From a phage: a DNA stretch of 64,000 nt. The notes under the pieces are model-generated. The model had not been told where the DNA came from and did not search any database. It worked only from the letters and a program-made list of their open reading frames with translations. Position numbers and translations under genes: made by a program. Positions within the stretch are counted from its first letter, which is position 1. The number at the start of each line of letters is the position of its first letter. Positions 1 to 11,189 of the stretch are shown here, piece after piece. The stretch is taken from the sequence record OZ335959.1; one strand, written 5' to 3'.

Positions 1-185
1 GTTCTAACTTTATTTCCTTGCATCCAGTGCTTGACGTAAATGAAACCTTGCTCTACACATTTTTTAAAAATTCGTTCGTCTTTTTGAGCTCGGAATTCCG
101 GATTGCATCTAAAAAATTGATTTACGTGACCATAATCACGTGTAGTATTACCTTCATTTTCATAAATAGTGTGAACGACAAACAT
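1..185 (-). CDS. hypothetical protein, N-terminal 61 codons only (gene runs past window start)
   Basis: Open minus-strand frame from ATG at 183-185 (TAATG overlap with stop of upstream ORF) to window edge; absent from ORF track because truncated. Confidence 0.3.
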   Translation of the reverse strand, partial: MFVVHTIYENEGNTTRDYGHVNQFFRCNPEFRAQKDERIFKKCVEQGFIYVKHWMQGNKVR

Positions 186-1024
186 TAGAATGCTCCTTGG
201 AAAATATTATCACCGCTAGTAGGTCTATTATACAAATACTCTATGCCACCAGGTTTAATGTAGTTCCATGTCTGAAACGGATGTGTCTGATATGGATGAT
301 ATAGATGATTATAAGGATTAAATCCAGGCGTTCTCCAGGTAGTGTTCCAAGGAAAAGAATCGTTTTTAACCATCTTCTCAATTAAATCTTTTATAGCTTT
401 TTCACTATCAAAACTTTCTTTATTTTCCTTCGGCGAAAAAAGCTTATTTTCTACATCATTCCATGTATAAACTCGCTGAGCAGTTTTTGGAATATTGTCA
501 CGCTCTCCTCGAGCCATCCAATAAACCGGAACATTTAATATTTCACTCGCATGATCGCAATGGTGAGCGAGATCGTCAATATAACAAATTACGTTATATT
601 TCTCTTTTGCCTTTTTAAACAACTCTTCTTTTGAAGAATCATGACCACACATCATTACTTCTGAGAAGGCACCAGGAAAAAGAGCATTCAAATTAAATTG
701 ACGATTCAGCAGAGCGTCAATAGAATCACCCAATGCTGTAACAGCTACAAAATTATAATCTTCTTTTAATTTGTTAATTACACACAGGGCATCTTTATAC
801 GGAGACAAGTAACGAATAAAATCTGAACGATTGTATTTTTCAATTAGCTTGACACCGAGTTCTTCATCACAATTAAAGAGTTTACCCGGAGAAATAAATT
901 TCTCATCTTGGATCATTTTTAAAATATGTTCTAACGGAAGATTATATTTCTGAGCAAAATAAGGAAGACCTGATTGCCAGCTTAAACATACTCCATCAAT
1001 ATCAGTTAAAATAGTAGGCTTCAT
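185..1024 (-). CDS. hypothetical protein with HAD-like N-terminal DxDG motif (possible nucleotidase/phosphatase)
   Basis: 279-aa ORF; N-terminus ILTDIDGVCLSW resembles the HAD phosphatase motif I; lies in the T4 gene 30.x block. Confidence 0.5.
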   Translation of the reverse strand: MKPTILTDIDGVCLSWQSGLPYFAQKYNLPLEHILKMIQDEKFISPGKLFNCDEELGVKLIEKYNRSDFIRYLSPYKDALCVINKLKEDYNFVAVTALGDSIDALLNRQFNLNALFPGAFSEVMMCGHDSSKEELFKKAKEKYNVICYIDDLAHHCDHASEILNVPVYWMARGERDNIPKTAQRVYTWNDVENKLFSPKENKESFDSEKAIKDLIEKMVKNDSFPWNTTWRTPGFNPYNHLYHPYQTHPFQTWNYIKPGGIEYLYNRPTSGDNIFQGAF

Positions 1025-1479
1025 AGAGAGTCTCTTAATAGGTTTAACACATCAATAAATTCAGCTTCGGTTAGTATTGTATCATCTTTTGTTAGACCAC
1101 TAGCCATGCTGTGCTTCAAAACTTTTCCTTTCGAGGCTTGTAATGCATCACGAAAGCCCTTATTTTGGAACGCTGCTTCAAAATATGCATTTGTGTATAA
1201 TTCTTTCCACGCTGGAGAGTATCTTGAAAACGGAACTCCAAGCCAGAACAACGTGCCACGGTCCTGAGCTCTAGCATAAGCTCGTCCAGCTTGTTGGGCG
1301 GCAAGCCCGGATAACCCAAATATACGACGTTGCTGTTCAACATTTTTCACCTTACACCCTTGGAGGAATCCTTCGAGACCTCCAAATTGGATACTATCCA
1401 TAACAAAAGGCCATTGGGCGAAATTACTTAATGCGCATGATGGCCATCTAAAATTGCTTCTAATCTCTAACTCAGACAT
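1021..1479 (-). CDS. NADAR/YbiA-like (DUF1768) protein
   Basis: 152-aa ORF; SNFAQWP...E..Q..K and W.E....A.F.....R pattern matches E. coli YbiA as I recall it; 4-nt overlap with downstream ORF. Confidence 0.6.
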   Translation of the reverse strand: MSELEIRSNFRWPSCALSNFAQWPFVMDSIQFGGLEGFLQGCKVKNVEQQRRIFGLSGLAAQQAGRAYARAQDRGTLFWLGVPFSRYSPAWKELYTNAYFEAAFQNKGFRDALQASKGKVLKHSMASGLTKDDTILTEAEFIDVLNLLRDSL

Positions 1480-1687
1480 CTTTAATACTTATAATTTCAA
1501 CATCAGCCCAATGACCGTAACTTGGTAAACGGTCTTCAATAGATAATCCGCCATCATATTTAAGCATTTTAATTGTCATAATATATGGCTCTAAATGGTC
1601 TTCAGTGAGTGGAGAGACATCAGTCACGCGATAAGTAACTTCGACCATTTCCGTGCCAAGTAATTTCTGGATTAATTTCTTAAACAT
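1472..1687 (-). CDS. hypothetical protein (71 aa)
   Basis: ORF in tight minus-strand array, overlaps neighbour start. Confidence 0.45.
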   Translation of the reverse strand: MFKKLIQKLLGTEMVEVTYRVTDVSPLTEDHLEPYIMTIKMLKYDGGLSIEDRLPSYGHWADVEIISIKDV

Positions 1688-1691
1688 TTTA

Positions 1692-2030
1692 TTAAAATCT
1701 CATCTGAAAACCGTGTGATTTAACATTACCGCCGCCAATATCAGAAATGTTAATTTCACGCGCAATTGAAGGGTCAATGTCAATTTCACGATTGAGTTTA
1801 ATGATAGCTAAAGTATCGCGGCCATTTACAGTACGGAACTCTAAAGGACATACTACATTAACGTAGTTTTTAATCGATTCGCTGGTAGGTTGCAAATGAG
1901 CAGGAAGGTCTTTAGGCGCTTTAGAGAAAACTACTTCACAGAAATTTTTGCGGGTGTCAAAATAAGTAGTCATAAACATAGTATTTTCCTCAGTAAGGGG
2001 CCGAAGCCCCTGTTTTATTTTAAATATCAA
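1692..2030 (-). CDS. hypothetical protein (112 aa)
   Basis: ORF in T4 30.x-like early gene array; UUCG-type hairpin just upstream at 1990-2012. Confidence 0.5.
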   Translation of the reverse strand: MIFKIKQGLRPLTEENTMFMTTYFDTRKNFCEVVFSKAPKDLPAHLQPTSESIKNYVNVVCPLEFRTVNGRDTLAIIKLNREIDIDPSIAREINISDIGGGNVKSHGFQMRF

Positions 2031-2385
2031 ATTCGTTAAGAACTACATCAAAGATTGCTTCAAGATGCTCAGGTTTAGCTCTGTTACTTAGAATATGACG
2101 AATCCAAGTTTTAACCAGAAGCTTGCGATTAACGCCATTCCAGCAAGGATGAGTCCCTAAATCGCGTTGACGAAAATCATCATCCAAAGCGATTTTGAAG
2201 TTGGAACCTTCCATTGTGATTGAAACCGTGATGCCATTTTCAAATCGCATATAAACGTAGTTAGGAGTCATATACTGTTCAATTTCGCATACTGATCCAT
2301 TTTGATGTTTCCAAAGGCAAATAGTATCAATAGAACCTGCAATACCATTAGAAACATATTTACGTTCAAAGTTGATGTAGTTCAT
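2020..2385 (-). CDS. hypothetical protein (121 aa)
   Basis: ORF in early gene array, overlaps downstream gene. Confidence 0.5.
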   Translation of the reverse strand: MNYINFERKYVSNGIAGSIDTICLWKHQNGSVCEIEQYMTPNYVYMRFENGITVSITMEGSNFKIALDDDFRQRDLGTHPCWNGVNRKLLVKTWIRHILSNRAKPEHLEAIFDVVLNEFDI

Positions 2386-2453
2386 TTTTATTCTCCAAGA
2401 TGTTTAATTGCGGTACAGGTATATAATATCATATCCTGTACCAAAGTAAACAA

Positions 2454-2786
2454 TTATTTTACTACTTTCCAGTGCTGCATGTCAAGTTTACCAACTTTTT
2501 TCATCTTCTCAATTAAGCGTTCGGCACGTTGGCGAGCTGTAACATAATACCATTCACCCAATTCATTTTGTTCAATTTTTCCAACGATTATTGTATTCAA
2601 TTCATAAATCCAACCAGTAAAGAAATTATGAACTTGAATTGTAAAGGTGAAATCTGTTCCCATACCTTCTGTTGTTTCTACTTCAATAATATCACCTTCA
2701 ACTGCCATTAAGAACCACATAGTTTCATCATATTTACCATTGAAGCATTTAGTTTTAACTGCAGCGTTCAGATTAATCGTTTTCAT
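2454..2786 (-). CDS. hypothetical protein (110 aa)
   Basis: ORF immediately downstream of early-promoter module at 2808-2850. Confidence 0.5.
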   Translation of the reverse strand: MKTINLNAAVKTKCFNGKYDETMWFLMAVEGDIIEVETTEGMGTDFTFTIQVHNFFTGWIYELNTIIVGKIEQNELGEWYYVTARQRAERLIEKMKKVGKLDMQHWKVVK

Positions 2787-2807
2787 TTTATTCTCCTTTG
2801 TTTGTGT

Positions 2808-2850
2808 AAGATAATACTATCACAAAGGAACTATACTGTAAACAACTTTG
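2808..2850 (-). promoter_or_regulatory. early promoter module (-35 GTTTAC at 2838-2843, -10 region 2811-2820)
   Basis: Minus-strand GTTTAC plus TGTG-ATAGTAT -10 region; same architecture recurs upstream of many minus-strand genes. Confidence 0.45.
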
Positions 2851-2864
2851 TGCAATCTTTGGAA

Positions 2865-2891
2865 AATAAAAAAGGACTCCCGAAGGAGTCC
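2865..2891 (-). terminator. rho-independent terminator hairpin (GGACUCC-CGAA-GGAGUCC) with U-run
   Basis: Perfect 7-bp stem with tetraloop followed on minus strand by T-run; identical hairpin recurs at 55983-56009. Confidence 0.55.
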
Positions 2892-2896
2892 TCAAC

Positions 2897-3073
2897 TTAT
2901 GCTTTCTGCTTACCAAAACGAGAAGCATCATCTCGAAGAACCGCACGTGCTCGGCGCATGATCTTCTCAACAGTTTGATTGATACGAGAGTTCGACCCAC
3001 GCTTGTAGCCAGCGCGTTTAGAATCACCAACTTTCTTTTCAACTGCTTTCTTTGCTTTAGCTTGTTTTGCCAT
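2897..3073 (-). CDS. small basic protein (58 aa from internal ATG; track ORF extends to 3115)
   Basis: Lys/Arg-rich ORF MAKQAKAKK...; ATG at 3071-3073 preceded by AAGAG. Confidence 0.4.
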   Translation of the reverse strand: MAKQAKAKKAVEKKVGDSKRAGYKRGSNSRINQTVEKIMRRARAVLRDDASRFGKQKA

Positions 3074-3192
3074 TATAAATTCTCTTTTAAATGAAAATGC
3101 AGGACTTATTGGCATTGCCTGCGCAAGCCCTCAAGGGGAACATAGGTTTTGAATATTTACCGACAGGATAACCATAAACCTCGTCAACATAC

Positions 3193-3441
3193 TTACTTCA
3201 GTGTTACCACAAAGTGACGAACTGCTTTTCGTGCAGCAGAAGCCAGTGGCTTAGCATATTTAAGTTCATCTTTTTCCTGAAGCTCAGCAGCTAATGCAGT
3301 TTGAGCAGGATTCAGATGTTTGAAATAACGCAGGATTTCAAGAGCTTCGGCTTCAACATCAATAGATGCGCCATAGTTTTCGTGACCGTTATTCCATGCG
3401 TTTCGTTGCAGTTCAAGAGCGTGTTGTAATTGTTTAATCAT
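3193..3441 (-). CDS. rIII: rIII lysis inhibition accessory protein
   Basis: 82-aa ORF, size and position (just below gene 31) match T4 rIII. Confidence 0.7.
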   Translation of the reverse strand: MIKQLQHALELQRNAWNNGHENYGASIDVEAEALEILRYFKHLNPAQTALAAELQEKDELKYAKPLASAARKAVRHFVVTLK

Positions 3442-3588
3442 TTGAAAATTCTCGTTAGAGATTAAAACTCGGTAGTCACGTTCTTCTGAATTTCATCTTC
3501 TTTCGACAGATCTCTCAGTTGTAGACTACCACATAGAATTGTTCGGTTAACTTATTATTCCGACACCCAATTCATATTATTATTTATA

Positions 3589-3924
3589 TCACTTATAAAG
3601 ACACGGAATAGCTTTATAGTGACAGGTAACGAATTTTTGTTTAATTTCTTTTGGCTGCTTAAGGCCCAGAGCTACAAAAGGATGCGGAACGTTTCGAATT
3701 TGACCAACTGGAAGAGAAGTCAAATCACCAACTTCACAGAAACCTTCAGGAACATCAGGACCAACAGAGTGAACTACACACAGTTCAGGAACTTCACCTT
3801 GAACACGTTTACCGATAATAAGTCCTGATTCTGTAACTTCTTCATCACCAGCCTGTGCAGGTTCAGAAACTAAAATAACATATTCACCGACAGCACGAAT
3901 TGGTAGCTGTTGTACTTCAGACAT
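3589..3924 (-). CDS. 31: gp31 co-chaperonin (GroES analogue)
   Basis: 111-aa ORF, size and position between rIII and cd match T4 gp31 as I recall it. Confidence 0.85.
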
Positions 3925-3980
3925 CGTTTTTCCTTTTTGTTAGCAGATGAATTAATAATAACAAATAATTCTTAAAGCAT

Positions 3981-4280
3981 TTATTTACCAATAAATTGAA
4001 GCAAATGCTCAACTTTCATACCATTAACGGAAATCAATTTGTCAATAGAAAAACCTCGCCATGCACCAAGCTCAACATCAAATACTGGAATCATATCAGT
4101 AGATTCTTTCCGAGCAGATTCAGTCAATTTACCAGTTTGCATAAAGTCCGCATCACGAGTGCCTTTCATAGTACGAATAGTACCATCAGACTTTTCAAAA
4201 ACTACGTTTGAAACCCCCATGGACAATTTAGTTTTCAAAATTTCACGAATTGCTACTTTTTGTTCAGTCGTCAGTTTCAT
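3981..4280 (-). CDS. hypothetical protein (99 aa; 31.1 position)
   Basis: ORF between 31 and cd. Confidence 0.5.
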   Translation of the reverse strand: MKLTTEQKVAIREILKTKLSMGVSNVVFEKSDGTIRTMKGTRDADFMQTGKLTESARKESTDMIPVFDVELGAWRGFSIDKLISVNGMKVEHLLQFIGK

Positions 4281-4517
4281 TTATTTACCTATTACAGTTT
4301 TAATATGAGTTGTTCCACGTTCTTTAAGAGTGGAAAGCAATTTTTGGCATTTTTCTAAATCAGATTTCCAACTATACGGCCTATCAATACTAGTCCAATC
4401 AGTTTTATAATACTGTTTCCATTTAGAGAAAAAATATTTCTTATACTCTACAGCAAATGAAATGTTCTCGTTAGAATAAGAACTAATTGCTGTGAGCTGT
4501 ACCAAACGAAATTTCAT
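4281..4517 (-). CDS. hypothetical protein (78 aa; 31.2 position)
   Basis: ORF abutting cd stop. Confidence 0.5.
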   Translation of the reverse strand: MKFRLVQLTAISSYSNENISFAVEYKKYFFSKWKQYYKTDWTSIDRPYSWKSDLEKCQKLLSTLKERGTTHIKTVIGK

Positions 4518-5098
4518 TATTCACCACAGAATTCGTTGATATTTTCCCAATTTAACTTATTCAAGTTTTTCTTAGGAACATTAAACACTTCAATACCTGC
4601 ATTTCGCAGAATATCATCCCAGCCAGGTTTATTTTTATCGTATGTTTCGCAATAAACCAGCTTTTTAATACCAGATTGAGCTATCGCTTTTGCACAATCT
4701 GGGCAAGGAGAAAGTGTTACATACATAGTAGCACCTTCAATTGAAGAACCGTTTCGTGCAGCAAACAAAATCGCATTTAGTTCAGCATGAATTTCATTTT
4801 TAGATGACCATTCAGAGTGAGCGCTACGGTGTTCTTTCGCCAAGACAAAACGATCAGTTGAACCAAACGATACACATTCAGGCTTATGACCTTGAATGAT
4901 AGTATGTTTAGGCTTATTCAGCAACCAACCTTGCTCAGCAGCATAATCACAACAGTTCACACCCCCGGCAGGTGAACCATTATATCCGGTAGAAATAATA
5001 CGTCCATTCTTTTCAATTACTGCTCCTACCTTCCAGGAGCAACATTTTGATTCTTGCGATACTAAATATGCAATTTGAAGTACTGTACTCGCTTTCAT
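4517..5098 (-). CDS. cd: dCMP deaminase
   Basis: 193-aa ORF with HAELNA and SPCPDC zinc-binding cytidine/dCMP deaminase motifs; same length as T4 Cd. Confidence 0.9.
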   Translation of the reverse strand: MKASTVLQIAYLVSQESKCCSWKVGAVIEKNGRIISTGYNGSPAGGVNCCDYAAEQGWLLNKPKHTIIQGHKPECVSFGSTDRFVLAKEHRSAHSEWSSKNEIHAELNAILFAARNGSSIEGATMYVTLSPCPDCAKAIAQSGIKKLVYCETYDKNKPGWDDILRNAGIEVFNVPKKNLNKLNWENINEFCGE

Positions 5099-5433
5099 TT
5101 CATAATCACCAGATAAGCAGATTTAGCAGTTTCAACACGATAAATTTCGTGACGAAGTTTAGTTATACTTTTAATAACAGAACTAATTATATTCTGCCCA
5201 TCTTTAAAGCGGTTTTTCTTATCAATAAAAATTGCGCCAACCATCTTTTTGTGAAGCTCAACTGGGTACTTCGTCACAATAATAGCATCATACACAGAAG
5301 GATGAATACTATTCACTAGAGTGTCATTCATTAAAGTTATTCTAATGAACTGTGCTGTTTCAGAGTCAAGCGCTCTATGATCGCCAGTATCATTTTCAAG
5401 ACAAGTATCAATTATATCAGTTAAATTCATCAT
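5095..5433 (-). CDS. hypothetical protein (112 aa)
   Basis: ORF, 4-nt overlap with cd. Confidence 0.5.
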   Translation of the reverse strand: MMNLTDIIDTCLENDTGDHRALDSETAQFIRITLMNDTLVNSIHPSVYDAIIVTKYPVELHKKMVGAIFIDKKNRFKDGQNIISSVIKSITKLRHEIYRVETAKSAYLVIMK

Positions 5434-5666
5434 AGTACGCCATACACCCTTTGTGCTTCAACTAATCCATCAAAATCCAATTTGAGATGTGTTATTTGAT
5501 CACCATCACCTGGATTCACAATTACTAATACTGAACGAGGAGTTTCGGTAATAACACGAACCGATGTTTCTGGAAATCGTTCAGAAACCTTATTTACCAA
5601 TTCCTGGGCAAATAGTTTAACTTTTTCTTGGAATTCTTTAACAGTAATTGGTTTTTCACTTAGCAT
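5430..5666 (-). CDS. hypothetical protein (78 aa)
   Basis: ORF in overlapping early gene array. Confidence 0.5.
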   Translation of the reverse strand: MLSEKPITVKEFQEKVKLFAQELVNKVSERFPETSVRVITETPRSVLVIVNPGDGDQITHLKLDFDGLVEAQRVYGVL

Positions 5667-6187
5667 GTTGATCCCAGCTCCTTACTTTCAACGTTTTTAA
5701 CTAATTTGACAGAAACTAATTCGGCATCTTGGGTAATCATTACCGGGCCTTCTTCATACTCTTCAAGATATTCTAGAGCTTTCTTTTTAGCTTCTTCCTT
5801 CGTATCAGTTTGAGCATAGATATAAAACATACAACCAGTAATACCTACTACTTTCCACTTAATTTCTTTATCAGTTTTAATTTCAAATTTACTGACAGAA
5901 TCATCTTTTTGAACTTCTTCGAAAAAAGAATATTCTAACATATAAGCAATTGAAAATAACGGGCTAACTTTATAGGATTCTCCCATTACATCAACAGCTT
6001 TATACCAACGGTCATCAATTTCGCGTTTAATGCTAATAACATTTTTCGCAGGATCTATTTTTACTTTAAATGAATTTTCCCCAATAAATTGAGCAATTCG
6101 TTTATTAGCCCCACAGGTTTCATTAAAAATATCTTTATATCCAGCTTTAAAACGATAAACCTTATCTTCTTCAAACCATTCGCTCAT
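5660..6187 (-). CDS. hypothetical protein (175 aa)
   Basis: ORF downstream of early-promoter module at 6212-6250. Confidence 0.5.
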   Translation of the reverse strand: MSEWFEEDKVYRFKAGYKDIFNETCGANKRIAQFIGENSFKVKIDPAKNVISIKREIDDRWYKAVDVMGESYKVSPLFSIAYMLEYSFFEEVQKDDSVSKFEIKTDKEIKWKVVGITGCMFYIYAQTDTKEEAKKKALEYLEEYEEGPVMITQDAELVSVKLVKNVESKELGSTC

Positions 6188-6211
6188 TTCAATTTCCTCA
6201 TTTATTTTGGT

Positions 6212-6250
6212 AGAGCTATAATATCACAACTCTACCGTAAAGTAAACTGT
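6212..6250 (-). promoter_or_regulatory. early promoter module (-35 GTTTAC 6242-6247; -10 TATAATAT region 6217-6224)
   Basis: Conserved GTTTAC/TGTG-ATATTATA architecture on minus strand. Confidence 0.45.
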
Positions 6251-6531
6251 TAAATTGCTTTGAATTCTGATGTCTGCGATTCAAAACGAATATCGCCTTT
6301 GATGACTAGCTCAGCATCAAGACCAAATACGACAATGATATGCGCGGAACCTGGATACAGCGTAATGGCAATAGAATCCACCTGGTCTGGAAGCAAAGTG
6401 TTCAATACATGAGTCACTTGAGCATGAATTCGAAGCTCGGCTGCGTTATCAAGCTTTTCAAACATATTATTAGCGATAATTTGACTAAACACTACTTCTA
6501 CGATTTTAGAATAAGTCGGAAACATATTCAC
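6250..6531 (-). CDS. hypothetical protein (93 aa)
   Basis: ORF. Confidence 0.45.
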   Translation of the reverse strand: MNMFPTYSKIVEVVFSQIIANNMFEKLDNAAELRIHAQVTHVLNTLLPDQVDSIAITLYPGSAHIIVVFGLDAELVIKGDIRFESQTSEFKAI

Positions 6532-6728
6532 CCCACATAATTTTCTTCAAGCCAATTAATAACATCCAACGCATTATCAAAAGTTGAACCATCTACTATG
6601 TCTTCTGTTTCATAATCAAGAATATCTAAGTCTATTCTTCCATCAACAATAGGCCATAAACAAAATAGATATTTCTTTTCTTTTTCAATTTTATCGCAAA
6701 GTTGATAAATCTTTTCTATGTTATTCAT
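6528..6728 (-). CDS. hypothetical protein (66 aa)
   Basis: ORF overlapping neighbours by 4 nt. Confidence 0.45.
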   Translation of the reverse strand: MNNIEKIYQLCDKIEKEKKYLFCLWPIVDGRIDLDILDYETEDIVDGSTFDNALDVINWLEENYVG

Positions 6729-6917
6729 AAGTTTTCCATGGTAAAGGCAGTTTAGTTTTCTTTACTGTTAGTTCAACATCAGGATTCTTTTCTCTTAATT
6801 TAAGGCATTCCTCCCAAGCTCTGATTTCACTAGTGAATACACAAAATTGCCCATTACTAGTACCAACTAAACCACTATTTACAATAACAATAGACCAAGT
6901 TTCATGATGCCACGCCA

Positions 6918-6918
<1 letters not shown>
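6721..6918 (-). CDS. hypothetical protein (65 aa from ATG overlapping pseT stop; track ORF extends to 6948)
   Basis: Internal ATG at 6916-6918 gives a 1-nt overlap with the pseT stop. Confidence 0.4.
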
Positions 6919-8139
<1,221 letters not shown>

Positions 8140-8143
<4 letters not shown>

Positions 8144-8370
8144 CTATTTTTCTCAACCAATGATTGAATATAATCATGTAGGTCTTTAGATGCTTTACCC
8201 CACTTATTTTGGTATTCATTTTTAAGATTAGCACGTGATTGAGCTAATAAAACATCATTAGTTGGAGGTAAAGATTCTAATCGTTGAATCTGGCGTCCAT
8301 AAATCATTGCAGCCATCTCGGATTCATAAATCAATCCTTTGAGATGTTCAAATTGATGCCATGAAATCAT
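8140..8370 (-). CDS. hypothetical protein (76 aa)
   Basis: ORF. Confidence 0.5.
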
Positions 8371-8666
8371 TTACATTTATCCTCTTTTAACTCTTGACGA
8401 TAATAACATATCATAGTTTTCTGATCATGTACATATCGTTTTACATCATTAAGCCAAATACGAAATTCCTGGGAATCTTCGAATGGCATACCGACCCAAG
8501 CTTTACCATCAATAACTTTAACTTGCCAGGATAGTTTAGCTTCATCATATGACTTTATCTGCACAGGCCAATTAGGATGAACTGTTTCTTTCTTTACTTC
8601 TAGAGGCTTTGTCGAACAACCAACTAGAAGACCAATAGATAATATTACTGCTGATAGTTTAATCAT
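8367..8666 (-). CDS. outer-membrane lipoprotein, probable o-spanin
   Basis: 99-aa ORF with signal peptide and lipobox LLVGC|S; directly downstream of and overlapping a TM + coiled-coil ORF (spanin pair architecture). Confidence 0.6.
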   Translation of the reverse strand: MIKLSAVILSIGLLVGCSTKPLEVKKETVHPNWPVQIKSYDEAKLSWQVKVIDGKAWVGMPFEDSQEFRIWLNDVKRYVHDQKTMICYYRQELKEDKCK

Positions 8667-9016
8667 TTAGAAAGGTCCTGGATGTCTTCTGCGAACTTGT
8701 TGAAGGAGTTGTTGATTTGTTTTTCAACCAATCCTGGCTTATGAGCCACCACATCCGCCTTCTTTGCGTCTTTGCGCAGTTTTTCATTTTCACGCTCAAT
8801 AGCAGCAATTGCCTCACGATTTTTATTATTCATCGCATCAATATAATTATACTGAATTCGCAAATTATTTAATGCTAAAGCGTTTTCATTGGCCGTTTTT
8901 GTAATTTCTACAACAGACGTTTCTAATCTTTCAATTTTATTTTTTAAAATTAAAGAAGTTCCGCCCAATGCAATTACAATTAATAACAAGCCCGTTGTCG
9001 TATTACTTAATTGCAT
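8663..9016 (-). CDS. probable i-spanin (N-terminal TM, coiled-coil periplasmic domain)
   Basis: 117-aa ORF; hydrophobic N-terminus then heptad-rich charged region; paired with lipoprotein ORF. Confidence 0.55.
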   Translation of the reverse strand: MQLSNTTTGLLLIVIALGGTSLILKNKIERLETSVVEITKTANENALALNNLRIQYNYIDAMNNKNREAIAAIERENEKLRKDAKKADVVAHKPGLVEKQINNSFNKFAEDIQDLSK

Positions 9017-9513
9017 AAAGTTTTAATAACCTCTACAATATCGTCTTGAGAAAGACCGTTAATTAAAATATGATGTTCAGCCGGAGATTTAGAAATTTTA
9101 AAGCATGCCTCAACATCTTCTGCCATATCCGACGCGCTACGATTTGGATTACTAATTCCAAGACGATGTTTTCCCGTCAAAGGATTAACGATTATATAGC
9201 ATTTACAGTTGTTGATATGAACATTAGGTTGAGTCTGATTAATGAACACATCACAATCATATTTCGCAAGCTGATTTTCTAAAAAGACTTTCATCTCCTC
9301 AACCGCATCAGGAAGCATATCACGGGCTTGCTCAAGACGACGATTTCGATATTCTTTAATGGTCGTTTTCCGCTTGACTTGTTTAGCTAAATCTTTCTTA
9401 AGATCGGTGATATATCCAACTCGACGATTTCCTTTAAATACAGAAATCCCATCTGTAGTATCACCGTATGCTTCAACGACCATCTCAGTAGTAATAAGCT
9501 GCAAATCCATCAT
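9007..9513 (-). CDS. alc: Alc, inhibitor of host transcription on cytosine-containing DNA
   Basis: 168-aa ORF, size and position between spanins and rnlA match T4 alc. Confidence 0.65.
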   Translation of the reverse strand: MMDLQLITTEMVVEAYGDTTDGISVFKGNRRVGYITDLKKDLAKQVKRKTTIKEYRNRRLEQARDMLPDAVEEMKVFLENQLAKYDCDVFINQTQPNVHINNCKCYIIVNPLTGKHRLGISNPNRSASDMAEDVEACFKISKSPAEHHILINGLSQDDIVEVIKTLCN

Positions 9514-9537
9514 AAAGTCCTCATGTTATGTCAGTAA

Positions 9538-9574
9538 GACTACTATAACACAACACGAGGGACTTGTAAACAGC

Positions 9575-9575
<1 letters not shown>
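9538..9575 (-). promoter_or_regulatory. early promoter module (-35 GTTTAC 9566-9571)
   Basis: GTTTAC and TGTG-TTATAGTA on minus strand upstream of alc. Confidence 0.45.
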
Positions 9576-10720
<1,145 letters not shown>

Positions 10721-10751
10721 TTAATATAGTACCACACTCCATGTGGAAGCA

Positions 10752-11162
10752 TCATTTTTTCTTGTGTTGAATATTCCAAGGCGGGTTAAACAGTTTAATG
10801 AATAGTGGCTCCTCTAGGTCAATCGTTGCGATTGTCATTGTACCTAACTCATTTGTCATAGAAAGATTAAAACATTGGCGGGCGTAAAATTCAACTTTGC
10901 TTCCTTCCTTTAGCGCAGCATGAATTAATGCAGATTTAGTAGAATCAGACGTTTTGTCTTTACGGTTAATAGCAGTTCTATAATAGTTTATTCTTTTACG
11001 TAAATTTTTAGTTTTTCCAATATAAACAAGCTCATCATTTATAGCAATAGCATAAATTACATTATACTTGTTTGGAATAGATAATTGTTTTATACTTCCA
11101 TTGTCGTCTAATTCTAGCTCAGTATATTTAATAAATGAATATTCTGTTGCAATTTCTTTCAT
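10752..11162 (-). CDS. denA: endonuclease II (GIY-YIG type)
   Basis: 136 aa from MKEIATEYSF; GIY-YIG-like motif VIYAIA...YIGKT; adjacent to nrdB as in T4. Confidence 0.8.
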   Translation of the reverse strand: MKEIATEYSFIKYTELELDDNGSIKQLSIPNKYNVIYAIAINDELVYIGKTKNLRKRINYYRTAINRKDKTSDSTKSALIHAALKEGSKVEFYARQCFNLSMTNELGTMTIATIDLEEPLFIKLFNPPWNIQHKKK

Positions 11163-11189
11163 AATAAAATGGGCCTTGCGGCCCACTCC

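Noticed and set aside
1116-1343. 75-aa minus-strand ORF
   Set aside because: Alternative frame wholly inside the NADAR-like gene, which has the better-supported frame.
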